This document shows, piece by piece, positions 1-13,075 of a stretch of DNA of 64,000 bases. Numbering within the stretch: position 1 is the first letter of the stretch; each line of letters begins with the position of its first letter. Source of the DNA: Camelus ferus (lineage: Eukaryota); NCBI RefSeq assembly GCF_009834535.1, contig NC_045707.1:56918001-56982000 (forward strand), in the 5' to 3' direction. Under the pieces are notes generated by a model. That model did not search any database and was not told the origin of the DNA. It saw only the letters and a program-made list of their open reading frames with translations. The translations under genes and the position numbers were made by a program.

Positions 1-464
1 TTTATTGCAGACAGTTATGTTAGGTGATCAATAAGTGATTTTAAGCTTAAAAATATATTTCATGTGGTGAGAAATAAAATGGAAATACAATTTAGGAAGA
101 AGAAAAATGCAAAATTTCTGTCTTAGGGAAGAATTTGTGTTTTTTGTTGTTTTGTGGATAATGGTGATATAAAATTGCAAAGGTGTTATGATTCAATTTG
201 ATGTATTTAAAAGAATGATGTAACAGTGTTATTTTAATGTGCCAAAAATTATGATTTATCAGAAACTGCATAATTTGCTTTCAATTTAACATAGAGTAAC
301 AAATTTTATGTCACTTTAAAGATGTGCGAGGATGTATATTCTCTAAATTTCTTTTAGGGGATAATTGAACAAGTATATTTGAAGACCTGTGTCAAACAAC
401 ATTTTCACACCTCCACTTTATCTCAAATTTGCAACATCACCTTTCCCATTCTCATCCTGAGTTG

Positions 465-1030
465 TTGACTCTGCTTCATACTCTGAGAAAATAGAAGTTC
501 CCGTCAACACATCTCCCCACCTACTTGCATCTCATGCCTCTGTGTTCTTTCTTCCCTATTGTTACCTTGGAAAAACCCACCTTACTCCTGGCAAAGGCCA
601 GTCCCTTCCTCAGCTCCCTCTTGCATACTCAGCGAGAGTTCCTGTAATCTTCTTCCTTCTCTCTCCTTGTCTTTTCCAGCAACATTCAAAATTCTGTTAT
701 TTTTCCAAAACTAATTGAAATATTTTTACAAATCTTCTTGACTCCACTTGTTCCTTTAGTTTTACTCCCCACCCCAGTCTCTCTCATTTCATTTATAGCA
801 AAATGTCTCAGAATATTGTGAATGTTCATTGTCCCCAATTTCTTCTAATTCTCTCAGGCTCTTGCTCCCATCTTTCCAGTAAAGCCAATAATATCAAAAA
901 CATCGTTACTCTCTGTTCCCAAATTGAGTAATAAATTTTTAGTCTTCAGAGTTATTTGGTAGAGTTGATTACTCTCTCCTTGAAACATCTTCCAGCCTTC
1001 CAGTAATAACATTTCTATGTCTTTTTCTCC
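465..1030 (+). mobile_element. Decayed LINE-2 fragment
   Basis: L2-like text (ctgcttcatactctgagaaaatagaag; tctcttccttgaaaca-type motif), pyrimidine-rich. Confidence 0.5.
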
Positions 1031-1169
1031 TCTGTTTCTGGCCACTCTCTCGTCATTTCTTTTATGTGTGTGTGTGTTGGTAGTAACTTTAGTGAAATCC
1101 CCTGTTATGATAGAGTAGGGAGGTACAGTACATGATCTTTAAGAGCCAGTCTTGCAAAAAGACATGTAT

Positions 1170-1732
1170 GTCACCTTTTCACTGCAGCATTATTTACAAT
1201 AGTTGAGATATGGAAATAGCTTAAGTGTCTATTGATGGATGAATGGATAAAGAAAAGATGGTATACATGTACAATGAAATATTATTTGGCTATAAGAAAG
1301 AAGGAAATCTTGTCATTTGTCACAACATAAATAGACCTTGAGGGCATTATGCTAAGTGAAATTAAATCAGACAGAGAAGACAAGTAATGTATGATCTCAC
1401 TTATAGGTAGAATCTTAAAAAAAAAAAAGTGCTTATAGATACAGGGAACAGACTGGTGGTTGCCAGAGACAGGGTAAGTAGTAGGTGAAATGGGTGAAGG
1501 GGGTAAAAAGTACAAACTTCCAGTTATAAAAGAAATAAGTCATGGGGATGTAACATACAGCATGGTGAAAACAGTTAATATCACTGTATTGCATATTTGA
1601 AAGTTGCTAAGACAGTAGACTAGACTAGACTTACTGTGATTATTTCACAATATATACAAATACCGAATCATTACATTGTACACCTGAAACTAATATAATG
1701 TTATATGTTAATTATACATTAATTTTTAAAAA
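1170..1732 (+). mobile_element. LINE-1 3' end (L1MA-like), ORF2 tail plus 3' UTR
   Basis: gcagcattatttacaatag, gatgaatggataaagaaa, cttgagggcattatgctaagtgaaa, cacctgaaactaatataatgttatatg. Confidence 0.85.
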
Positions 1733-2576
1733 TCCTGAAATGTCAAAATGTCAGATGATGAGAATTGTTAGTAGTGGTGGTGGTGGGAGGAAACAGATGA
1801 CAAAGTAGTGCATTTTACTCATTTACTAGTAAAAACTGGAGTGGATTCTGGCTTCAATATGACCATACCCTCTGTATCTGACAGATGTTTCACATTTGTC
1901 TGATCCCATTCTCCAAATGCAAATATTTTGAAAACCTGGAATAATAAAATAACAAAAAAAGACACCGAGAGATAAATTATCAAAATTCTCTAATCTATTT
2001 TGTGTAGTATTTATATATAACAGAACTTGTCCTTGGACAAGTGCTAGAATTCTCAGCAATGATTAATGTATTCACAAATTATTTAACAATGTTATATGTC
2101 TTTTAAATCACTAATTTAAATATGAAAATGAACAAATATTTAAATAGAAATGTAAATGTTAATAAAAGATCAGATAATGGGACTTGTTACCCTCACACAC
2201 ATTCCAAATTATTTGTATGGTATTTTTTTTTATCTTTTGCCTTCTATGACCATTTGTATTAATTACTTTTTCTTTCTAGTTCTGTCCAGATCCGTTAAAC
2301 ATCAGGCTGGCCATCAAACAGCTGTCATTATTATGATACTTGGTCCAAATGCCACGGTTTTTTCTCTCCATAATAGAAACAACTGAAATTAACTATCATA
2401 GAATTCTAAGGGTGGACTTGAGAGCATGGATGTGAAATACCAGCTGTGGAAACATGATTAATGTGATAGCGTCTGTCCCTATAGATAGATGGGGCTTGGG
2501 GATGTACAACTTAGTCCTAGAATCACCTGCGACATGAGCTTCCTATTCTTAAAGATACACGCCATGAGTTTGTTCC

Positions 2577-2584
<8 letters not shown>

Positions 2585-2611
<27 letters not shown>

Positions 2612-2612
2612 T
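2585..2612. repeat. (AAT)n microsatellite
   Basis: Direct read: taataataataat... Confidence 0.9.
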
Positions 2613-2845
2613 GTTAGCACTCAGCAAGTACTTACACTTTCTAAGCACTTTGTATGAATAACTTAGTAAAGTCTCACAGCAACCTAAGGAGGCTGTGTGA
2701 TTGGTTCTGTGATTTATCCCTATTTTACAGATGAATAATGTGAGATACAGGAATGTAAATTTCCCAAGGATGCACAGCTGCTAAAGGATGGAGCTGGGAT
2801 TCTAACACAAGCAGTTGCCTCCAGAGCTGGAGACTTTAACCACTT
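2613..2845 (-). mobile_element. MIR SINE
   Basis: Core ccctattttacagatgaa...gcacagctg...gagctgggattc. Confidence 0.75.
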
Positions 2846-3724
2846 CCCTAACTTGCTTTCCAGAAGCCCCCTTTCTCCCTGTGAATAGACCAATGTCAGA
2901 CCTGCCCCCAGCAGACTTCCTAGACCAGCGCAGTCATGACCAGTCGAGGTTACAGATGCTTCAAGCTTAACACACTGTGCTGTGCATGTTCACATGTTTT
3001 TCATCCCTAAGGGAAGCTCCCAAAGATCAGAAATCACATTATGTTTTACAAAATACAAGTATCCACTGAATAAAGGAATTACTATATACATTTTTTAAAA
3101 GAACTCTGGTCCCAGGGTTTTACATGATTCATTATTGACTATAAGAAGGACATGAAATTGCTAGGTAGGGTATGTTTTCAGGTTTACTTAAAAATAAAAA
3201 TTAATTTTTAGCTTAAAGATGACATATTTCTCTTTTATTTTCACTCGCATTTTCTCAACAAATTGGAATTGACAGTTATGTAAAAATAGACAAACTAAAA
3301 ATGTTACCCATTTTTATTATAATGATTACTATTAGCCAAGAGTGAATATGAGTACAATTCTTCTAAATTAAAGATGTAGGGTTAATTCCCTGGGGTTACT
3401 AGAAAGAGTCATGTGAATTAAGCATGAGATATTTATTAGTTTTAAATCACTAGATGATTTAAGGATTAAGAAACCAAGTTTGAAAATACTTGTGTACATT
3501 TATTGAATAGAGTTGTCACTAGGAATCTGAAATTTAAAAATATTGATATATGTTTATAATAGAATTTTTCTTAGGCAGTTGTGACTGAAAAAATGTGTTG
3601 ATAATATCATTTCTAGAAATGCCGTGGTTATTTCTCCCTTCTCTGAGCTTATGTCCTAAAGTTCTCTGGTTTGTACTATATATTAGATGGTGTTACACTG
3701 TTCATGTAACAGTGAATGAGAGTG

Positions 3725-3975
3725 GAACTACAGTGTAGTCCTTAAAAACAGAACCTTGACACCGGATGACTGGCTTCAAGTACTAACCTCTCCATATAAG
3801 ACATTAAGAAATACAAAACAATGGGGAAATTACTTACATTTATTCTCTGTGCCTCCATTTCCCCTGATAGAAAATGAGATACTCGTAGTAGCAACACCAA
3901 ATGGTTATCGTGAATATTAAATAAGTCAACACACATAAAGGGACTGTAACAGTGCTTGAAATACAGTGAAAATTA
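3725..3975 (+). mobile_element. Decayed MIR SINE
   Basis: ctctgtgcctccatttcccc...aaaatgagata...gttatcgtgaatattaaat...acagtgcttg. Confidence 0.55.
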
Positions 3976-5524
3976 TTGTTAGATATTATTATTGATCCTA
4001 CAAGTTGTATTATGTCTAAAAACTAATTTAATTTCTAACCCTGAAAATGTCTGATAACACAGATGATGTACGATGAACTAACTGAAGCCTCAAGAGGAAA
4101 TATTCTTTCAGAATGTTGAATTTTATTCAGTAAAAGCTTGGTATTGAAGGTCATTTTTTCCCTAGGAAATCTTGATATTGAAAGATAACTAATTCACTGT
4201 TGTTTCAATCTGCACAGTTGTAATGGATACAATTTGAATTAGTTTAATGTATTAACTAGTTTCTGAAAAGAAAATATGTGATCATAAATGAAGCACTTTG
4301 ACTGATAACTCGTCCAATCCATTGCAGCAAGTTTTGCCCAACAAAGCAAACCTATACTCAAAAAAATCTGTGACCCATTGAACTAGTGACATTTTAAATA
4401 GAATTTTCAACCATTAGGTAGTTATTAAAGCTTATCCCCTTAATAAAAATATTAGCACTTAAAATTAGCAATGTTATTTACATTTTAATGGAAGATATTT
4501 AATAGAGAAAACATTAAATTTTGCCCAAATGGAAAATTAAACTGGAGATTTAAAGCTAGAAGATCAGCTATGGTCTAATGCTTTTCTTGCTAAAATAAGG
4601 GTGTGGCCTACTATGATGCGTATTCCAAATTGTAATGCTTGTTTATTTTCAAGGTGCCATAAAGAATATTGCTATTATTTCAACTTATCAAAGTATTAAT
4701 TAAATTAGAAAGTATGAATTTGAATAGTGTGAAAGCATGATGGCAAATAAAGCCTGTCAATATGAAAACATTCATTGGACAAAATGAAAACATTAATATG
4801 TTTGAAAGCCTTCCTTGACTCTCACACTCATCATTAATCCCAGTCCTCTGGAGTGTTTCTATAGCACTTTTACATACTTTTATCACAAGATCCTGCCCCT
4901 CTGAAGTCTTTGCTTTGTTTTCCCCACTAGAGAATCTGCATGAATGTTGTTGAAACTATGTCTCTATTCAAAAGTGTCTAGCTTAGAGCTGGGTTTAAAA
5001 CAGTGTGGACTAATGCATTATACGTCAAAAGCTTTTGACTCTTACACCAGTGACATTTTAGGCCTTTTATTTGTTCTTAGATAGGACAGTAAAATGAAAT
5101 TAAAATTACTAGAATATAAGGAAGTTGTTAATAAGGCAGTGACCTTGGCCCAGGCAATATGACATTTAACTTTTTTGTGTCCTTTAAGAATATATTACCA
5201 CAACTGAAGCAGTAGGGCATTTAAAAAGTGATTCCTACCCCAAAGACATGTCAAGTTTTTGCACAAAGACAAGAACTAAATTACTTTTAAATATTTACCT
5301 AACCAAAAAAAAAAAGGAGTGTTATACTGTCAAGTACTTTGAAATTATTACATTTATAATATTATAAATTCCCAAGTGTGCAGCAAGTTATTAAATTAAA
5401 CTTGGAATCTATATCCTGTAGAATTGAAAATATTAGATTTCAAAACTGGAAAAACTGTCTTCTATGAAAGTTATTTTCCATTTTGATTTTTAAATACTTT
5501 CTATAATTTTCTTTCCCTCATAGT

Positions 5525-6190
5525 TTTTTATAACAGCTCTATTAAGATGTAATTTACAAACCATAAAATTCTTTTAAAGTGTACACTATAGTGGGGTTTT
5601 TTTGGCATATTCACAGAGTTGTGTAAACTTCACCATTATCAAATTTTAGAACATTTTTATAATCCTCCCCCAAGGGAAAAAAATGTATCCATTAGCAGTC
5701 ATTCTTCATTCCCCTCTCCTCCAAGTTTCTGTCAACTGAAACACTACTTTCTTGATCTCTGGACTTGTCCATTCTGGACATTTCAGATAATTGGAATCAC
5801 ACAATATGTGATCTTTTGAGACTGACTTCTTTCACTTATCAAGGTTCATCCATATTAAAAAAGGTATCAATATAGTTCATTTCTTTTTATTGCTAAATAA
5901 TATTCCATTGTATGGATCTACCATCCAAGGTATACAATTTTGTTTATCCTTTCATCAGTTGGTGGGCATTTGAGATGTTTCCATTTTTTGCCTGTTATGA
6001 ATAATGCTGCTATGATCACTCATATACAACTTTTTTGTGTATAGAGATATGTTTTCATTTCTCTTGGGTATATGACTAGGAATAGAATTGCTGGGTCATA
6101 TCGTAACTCTATGATTAACATTTTGAGGAACTGCCAAACTGTCTTCCAAAGTGACTGCACCATTTTGCAATCCCACTGGCGATGATGAAC
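5525..6190 (-). mobile_element. LINE-1 3' end (L1MB-like), antisense to the gene
   Basis: gactgacttctttcactta, aatattccattgtatgga, gaattgctgggtcata, tttgaggaactgccaaactgt. Confidence 0.85.
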
Positions 6191-7732
6191 GAAGGTTTTA
6201 TATAACTTTTTATGATGCGCAGTTGAGTTGCAGAAAAATCCTGTCTCCACTTTTTAGAATAAATTTCAATTTTTATCACAATATAATATATATCACAGTA
6301 TATCTGGAACATGTCTGTCACCTCCTTAGACTGTAAGCAGAACTTTAGAGCTGAAACCCATTTCATCCATCTTTGTGATGACTGCACAATTCTGACACGG
6401 GACAATCACTTTAAAAATGTTGAATAAATAAATGATTATGTGAACTTATAATTTAATAAAAAAAACTATTTTTCTGATTGCCTTATAACCATTCTCTGTC
6501 TGGGATGCAATTCTTCCAAGTGAAACAATTGAAGGTAGCTCTCATCCCCTCTTCTCCTCTCAATTCTGAGTTTTTGTTTTTCTTCTTCAGACCAAACTTC
6601 TTAGCTGAAAGCACTTTCAATGATGAAATGTGAATTTTTTTGTTTTCTGAAATTATTTTAAATATAGTTCAGATTTATGTGATATAAACCTAGATTTCTG
6701 TTTTTCTTTTATGAGCTTATTAATTTTTTATGTCACATTTAATCATATGTCTCACAAACTAGGTAACTGGCAGAGAAAAAAAAATTCCCAAGGATAGTTC
6801 CCTGACAGCTTGAAATATATTTAATGTTAATTCAGTGTAGGAAATCAACATCCATAAATATTTTATCGTGTTCAACTTCTACTTTCTGCCACTGTGGCAA
6901 ATATGAAAGTCTGAAAGACCTCCACAGTACAAAAGCCTCGATAAATGTAACATATAGGCTGTTGAAAAACCCGTACAGTGTTTTCTGAAGACTTCTGCAT
7001 CCTGAAGAAATTTGCTGATCCCAGGAACTGAACACTTGGGGTTGAATGTCAGTGGAGCATGCTGGGAGCAGGGTAATAAATAGCTATAGGATAGAGGGAA
7101 CTTAAGAGTTTTTCCATTTTGGTTAAGTCTTTGCAGATTTCCTATGAGCAGTTGAAAAGATTAAAAATATATGAGTGATTTTCCATACATTTTCTTCTTG
7201 AAAACTTTTCTTAAAAAGGACAGTCTTCTGAGATTCTTCCTGCTTCTGTTGACCAGAAAGATACTCATATGTTAGAGGACGTTTCTGAAAAGAGAAGGGA
7301 AAATGGCAAAGAGAGAAAATGGCATATGTCTTACATAAAGTGTTGTTTTAACATCTTTTGTTTTGTTGTTGGAGAAGATACATCAAGATGGTCAAAAAGA
7401 CAGGAATGGGAAATTTTCTAATGGCAACAATAAACAAATGCTATTGAGTGGAAATAATTAGGTGTCTACAAGAAGACTGAATGATTATTAAGAGAAGTAT
7501 GATAGGGTGTTATTACCTTGATAAATTTAATAAGGCCCAGAATCCTACCCTTAGTTTGGCAAGTCCAGAATTGTGGTGTTTTCAATCTTTGAGTGGTTGC
7601 TAAACTCATAAGAAGGAAGATAAAGTTAATGATGTCATTCACCTACTTAAATCCCTTCCATGGCTCCCATCACCCTTTATCAAAGACCAAAATAATCAAC
7701 ATAGCTTAACACTGAATCCATACTGAACTGCC

Positions 7733-9215
7733 TTTTTAAAACAGTTTAATTGAAAAATCATTTGCATACCATTTAATTCACCTGTTGAAAATGCAATTCA
7801 TTGGTTTTCAGTAGATTCACAGAGCTGTACATGCATCTCAATCAATTTTAGAATATCTTATTTTTACCCACAAATAAACCCAAAGAAATCCTGCACTCCT
7901 TAGCTGTCACCTCCTGCAATCTCCCCTTCTCCCCTAGTGCTAGCAACCGCTAACTTACGTTCTACTTGTATATATTTGTTTATTTTGGACATTTGATAAG
8001 AATGGAATTATACAATACATGGTCCTTTGTGGCTGGCTTCTTTAATGTAGCGTAACATTTTCAAGGTTCATTCATGATATAAAATGTATCAAGACTTTCT
8101 TTAATGTATGCATAGTTTTCCATTTTATGTTATGTACTACATTTTTTCATCCATTCTTCACTTGTTGGGCTTGCGTTGTTTCCATTTTTTAGCTATAATG
8201 AACAATGCTGCTATGAACATTCATGTACAAGTTTCTCTGTAGACATATGTTTCCATTTTCTTGGATATATTCCTAGTAGTAGAATTGCTGGATCATATGC
8301 TAACTCTATGCTTTACCATTTAATATACAGCCAAACTTTTTCAAAGCAGTTGTGCTATTTTACATTCCCACAAGCAGTCTGTAAAGTTTCTCCACATCCT
8401 TGCTAACACCTATTATTTATCTTTTTGAGTATGCCATCCTAAGTGGGTGTGAAGTGGTGTCTCATAGTTTTGATTTGCATTTCTCTGATGGTTAATAATG
8501 TTGAACATCTTTTCTTTTGCTTACGGCCATTTGTGTATCTTTGGAGAACTGTCTATTCAGATTCTTTGCTCATTTTTAATTGGGTTATTTGTCTTTTTAT
8601 TATCCAGTTGTAACAGTTATATACTCTAGAAATAAGTACTTATTATAAGATTCATGATTTTCAAAAACGGTCTTTCCTTCTATGGGTTGTCTTTTCACCT
8701 TCTGGGTGATTTCATTTGAAGAGCAAACATCATTGGTTTTGATAATGTATTAGTCAGCTCTGGTTGCCATAACAAAATACTGTAGACTTGGTGGCTTAAA
8801 CAGATTTATTTTCTCATAGTTCTAGAGACTGAAAATCTGAGTTCAGGGTGCCAGCATGGCCAGGCCCTCTTCCTGGCTTGCACACATCTGCTTTCTGGCC
8901 TTTCCTCAAATGGCAGAGAGAGAAAGCTCTGCTCTCTCTTCATTTTCTTATAACAGCAATAATCCCACTACCGTGACCTCATCTAAATTTAATCATCTCC
9001 CAAAGGCTCCATCTTTAAATACCATCACATTGTGGGGCAGGCTTTCAACATATAAATTTGAGTGAACACAATTCAGGCCGTAGCAGATGGTGTCCAGTTT
9101 ATTTTTTTTTTCTTCTGTTGCTTGAGCTTTTAGTATTATACCTAAGAAAACATTGCCTAATCCAAGATTATAATTTACCCTTGAGACTTTTTCTAAGAGT
9201 GTTATAATTTTAATG
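7733..9215 (-). mobile_element. LINE-1 (L1MB-like) interrupted by an MLT1 LTR
   Basis: L1 text (gaattgctggatcatatg, gatttgcatttctctgatg, ggagaactgtctattcag) resumes after 9085 (gtccagttta...attgcctaatccaag). Confidence 0.85.
8746..9085 (-). mobile_element. MaLR solo LTR (MLT1A/B-like)
   Basis: Starts tgtattagtcagctc...gccataacaaaatac, ends cacaattcaggccgtagca (TG...CA termini). Flanks gataa/gatgg resemble a decayed 5-bp TSD. Confidence 0.85.
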
Positions 9216-11934
9216 TACTTAGGGTTTTGGGACTTTAGGAAGTTGTTTAAGCTGTTCTCTTGGTCTGGAAACGGTTTTACTCAACAGATATTTTGCTCAG
9301 CTAACTCTTACTCATTTTACACATGTTGTCTTAGATGCTCCTCCATACGCAGCCCCTCTCCAGGGGTCAGTCTAACTGTGCCTGTGCATGCTGATTACCC
9401 TGGTTATAGCTCCATCACAGCATTTACCACATTGTATTGTAATTGTTTCAGCTACCTTTGTTTACTATGTCTTTGCCGCCATTGTACACATTATAATATC
9501 TGAAAAAAAATTACAGAATCTTCTCCTACATATTGGGCATTCAATAACATTTTGTGGAGTCAATAAAGGAATTATCAAAATGTTAATTTATTAATTTGTA
9601 GTGAGAAACAGAATTGTCAAGTGGCTGGTATCCAAACTGGGCTGGCAAGGGCAAGTCTCTTCACTGCAGGAAACAGCAGAGAAAATTCAATTATTCTAAG
9701 AATATTTCTTGCTATCCACAGACTCAGAACATGTTACTGAACATTTAGTGGCACCATGTCATGTTAGTGTGTCCTGACAATTCCAGAACACACATATACT
9801 TGCCTCTCTCCCTATCCTGGGATGACCCTAATTTTTGAGCCTCTACTCCCTTTAAAGAGGGAGTACTTAGAAAACCTCTGCCTGCTCTTTCTTTCCTGTG
9901 GCTTGTTTTTCTCTGTTATTTGGTGCCATCCTCTCCCTGTTCTCACTGACAATTTATGCTTTAATTATATATGAATACACCTTAATAGGACAAAAGTGTT
10001 ATTCTCTGAGCCATGTTCGTCTTGTAAATATTGCACACAGTGAAAGTCTCGAAGGAAGGACAATATGTTTTAATATACTTTGTAACTTCCATAGCACTCA
10101 CTACAGCATTTTAGCTCAGTGAATAGCAAACAATGTCGTAGCCTGAATTTTTTTGGTTATATAATTTTAACTCTGTTGATTGCTAGAGAGACATGATTTA
10201 GTTTTTTGTTGTTGTTGTTTTAGTTTTTGTTTTTTAGATTTAGAGCTTTGTTGGGCTATGTTGGGCGATTTGAATATTCAGCTTGAATGCTATTTTGTGT
10301 GCCTGGGAGTGTTTGCCACAGCAGGTGTTACCTAACCAGATGCTAAAGCCTTTTAAATTAATACGCGGCATCTTGTCAAACATGCCTCCTGCTTTACACT
10401 GTCAGAGCTGTTGAAAATTGGCTTTTCCTGCCAACAAGGTTTTCGGTTGGCAGTGACTCAGCCCTGACATGCTTTAGCTACAGTGCTTACTGGGCCAGGT
10501 GATTTTTACTAATGTATTTAGAATGTTGAGTTTTAATAAATTTCCAAATTCTTCAAGCATAAAATAAGCAAAAATATATTTTGGACATTGGTAGGGATAA
10601 AAGATTCCTTCCCTTTCTTTCCATAAAGATGAGTGAAGATCAAGGACAAGAATAGCAATTGGGTTATGGAACCAGAAGGCTTGGTGCCTCTGTTAGGATG
10701 TTAGGATTTCTCCCTGGTGACCCCCCTCTCTCCTCTTCCATGCATCTGATACAATACGACTGGGCCTAAGTGCCTCTTTTATTTGGCTAAAAGTACAGGA
10801 GTAGCTGGAGGAGGTTAAAGGGAAAGAACACTTGAAGTGGGTAATTTCAGTCTTGGTTCTAAGCCATTGTGTTTGCCTGTCTTTCTCATTCCACTAATAA
10901 TAGGCAGAGGGACAGGATTGAGGACTTAAGGAAGCTACTCAAACTTAGAGTCAGAGCCCAAGGTGGGAGTGAGGGTCCTTATTCAACATGGTTCCTCCTA
11001 ATCACCTGCGTCAGGAAATCTGTCTATAAAAGGCTTTAAGCTGTGACCCTGAATTCTGGCCAGACTTCTTGGAGGCAGCTGGTCGCCTCTCAAACAGCAT
11101 CTCATAGCAGCCAACACAAGGATTCACTGCAAACTCCTCAAATATCCTTTATCCTGTCATTTCACTTCAGATGCCAGACAACATCTTGAGAGTTGTGTGA
11201 GCCCCACGGTAATGGTAATAGATGCAATCTGAGAAGTGTAGAAGGAATAATAGCAGATAAGTTCAGAGACATGTGTTCTAGGGAACTTTAAAGAACAGTT
11301 TTATGATGTCCATATAATTTCCTCATAGTTTATATCATTATGAACATTAATATTATGGCTTATTTTAATAAGAGAATATAGAGTGTTACTCAGTGTGTTT
11401 TAGGCAATAATAACCGAATTAACTGATCAGCAAGAATTACTAAGTGCAAAGGAACAACGGAGTATAACAAGCCATGTTCTCTTATAAAAATGTGCTGAGT
11501 TTATGCTGTCACATTACTTTTGATAATTTTTACCATTCTAGCTCACTAATGATACAGTGGGACCCTCTCTTCTTTATTGTTACTCCTGAGAGCAATCCTG
11601 CTGTCCCTGATTTATTATTAAGAGTGATTATTAGGATCTTCCCCCAAAGGGGGATGGACAATTAGTAATGAGATTTATGTAAGTAATTTATTTAAGTCAT
11701 TTATCTCCAGTTACAAGTCATTTATCAAAGAAAAAAAAAAACTACATGATTTTTTATAATTTCCTGAAGCATCTAATGAAATACCCCATTCTACTATGGA
11801 AATTTCTTGGAAGAAAACAAATATACATCAAATAATTACATGTAGCTCAAAAATTATATCATTTATGGACATCTTTTGTAACCAGGACCTTTGCTAGTCA
11901 CATTTTTACTAATGATCTAGCTTTTTTTTTTAAC

Positions 11935-12645
11935 TCTTAGACTCTTTTTTTTAGAGAAGTTTTAAATTCACAGCAAGATTGAGAAGAAGGTACATAGATT
12001 TGTCATGTACCCGTACCCTCCAAACATGCATAGCCTCCCCTATTATCAACATAGCCCCCATCTGATGGTACGGTTCGTAGAATTGATCAGCCTACATTGA
12101 CACATTATTATCACTTAGAAGCCCATAGTTTACATTATGGTTTATGCTTGGTTTTGAACATTCTGTGGGTTTGGGAAAATGTATAATATGTATCTGTCAT
12201 CAAAGTATCAAAACAGAGTACTTTCACTGCCCTAAAAATCCTCTGTACTTTTTCTACTCACCCCAAACCCTCAACCCCTGGCAACCACTGGCAGTAAGTA
12301 TCACTGTCTCCGTAGTTTTAACATTTACAGAATGCCATATAGTTGGAATCATACAGTAGGTAGCCTTTTCAGATTGGCTTCTTTCACTTAGAAATACAAA
12401 CTTCAAGTTTTTCCATGTCTTCTCATAGCTTAATAGCTCATTTCTTTTTGGCACCAAATACTATCCCATTGTATAAATGTACCACAGTTTATTTGTTCAC
12501 CTATTAAAAGATATTTTGGTTCTTTCCAAGTTTTGGCAATTATGAATGAAGCCACTATGAACATCCATGTTCAATGATTTTTGTGGATACAAATTTTCAA
12601 TTCCTTTGAGTAAATACCAAGGAGCATGATTGCTGGATCATACAG
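11935..12645 (-). mobile_element. LINE-1 3' end (L1MC1-like)
   Basis: ttcacagcaagattgagaagaaggtaca, cctacattgacacat, gccttttcagattggcttctttcacttag. Confidence 0.85.
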
Positions 12646-12829
12646 ACTGATGACCTCATTTTTATGCATACCAGCCCAGCAAGAAAGCATCGCCACCTAC
12701 ATTTCCCAGATAGACAACTGAGGCTTAAAAAGTTCACTGCTATTGGTCTAGATATTAACCTAGCTCTGTTACACTCTGAAATTGGTACTGTTTGGACCAA
12801 GCCACACATGACTTTCATGTAAGGCTGAG

Positions 12830-13075
12830 TATAAGGTCAATTTACCCATTGGGCACAGTGAAAGCACTACTTAGGACTCATGATACTTTTAGGAACCCAT
12901 GAAATTATTTCAATTACTTTTAAAATTAAAAGGAAGAATGAATACAATTCAGTCTGGATTATATTAATCTTTATATCATAATAGCCATAGAGATTTTAAT
13001 ATCTTTTATGAACCAAGGGGCCCACAAAGGCAAAATTAATTCCTAGGGCCACAGACATCATAATGCAGTGCTGGC
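12830..13075. mobile_element. Probable non-autonomous hAT (Tip100/ORSL-like) DNA transposon relic
   Basis: tttacccattgggcacagtg...ggggcccacaaaggc...cctagggcc motifs, matched to a recalled consensus. Confidence 0.35.

Noticed and set aside
6020..6250. ORF with the L1 ORF2 C-terminal-like peptide KMVQSLWKTVWQFLK
   Set aside because: A fossil L1 fragment, not a host gene or an intact element.
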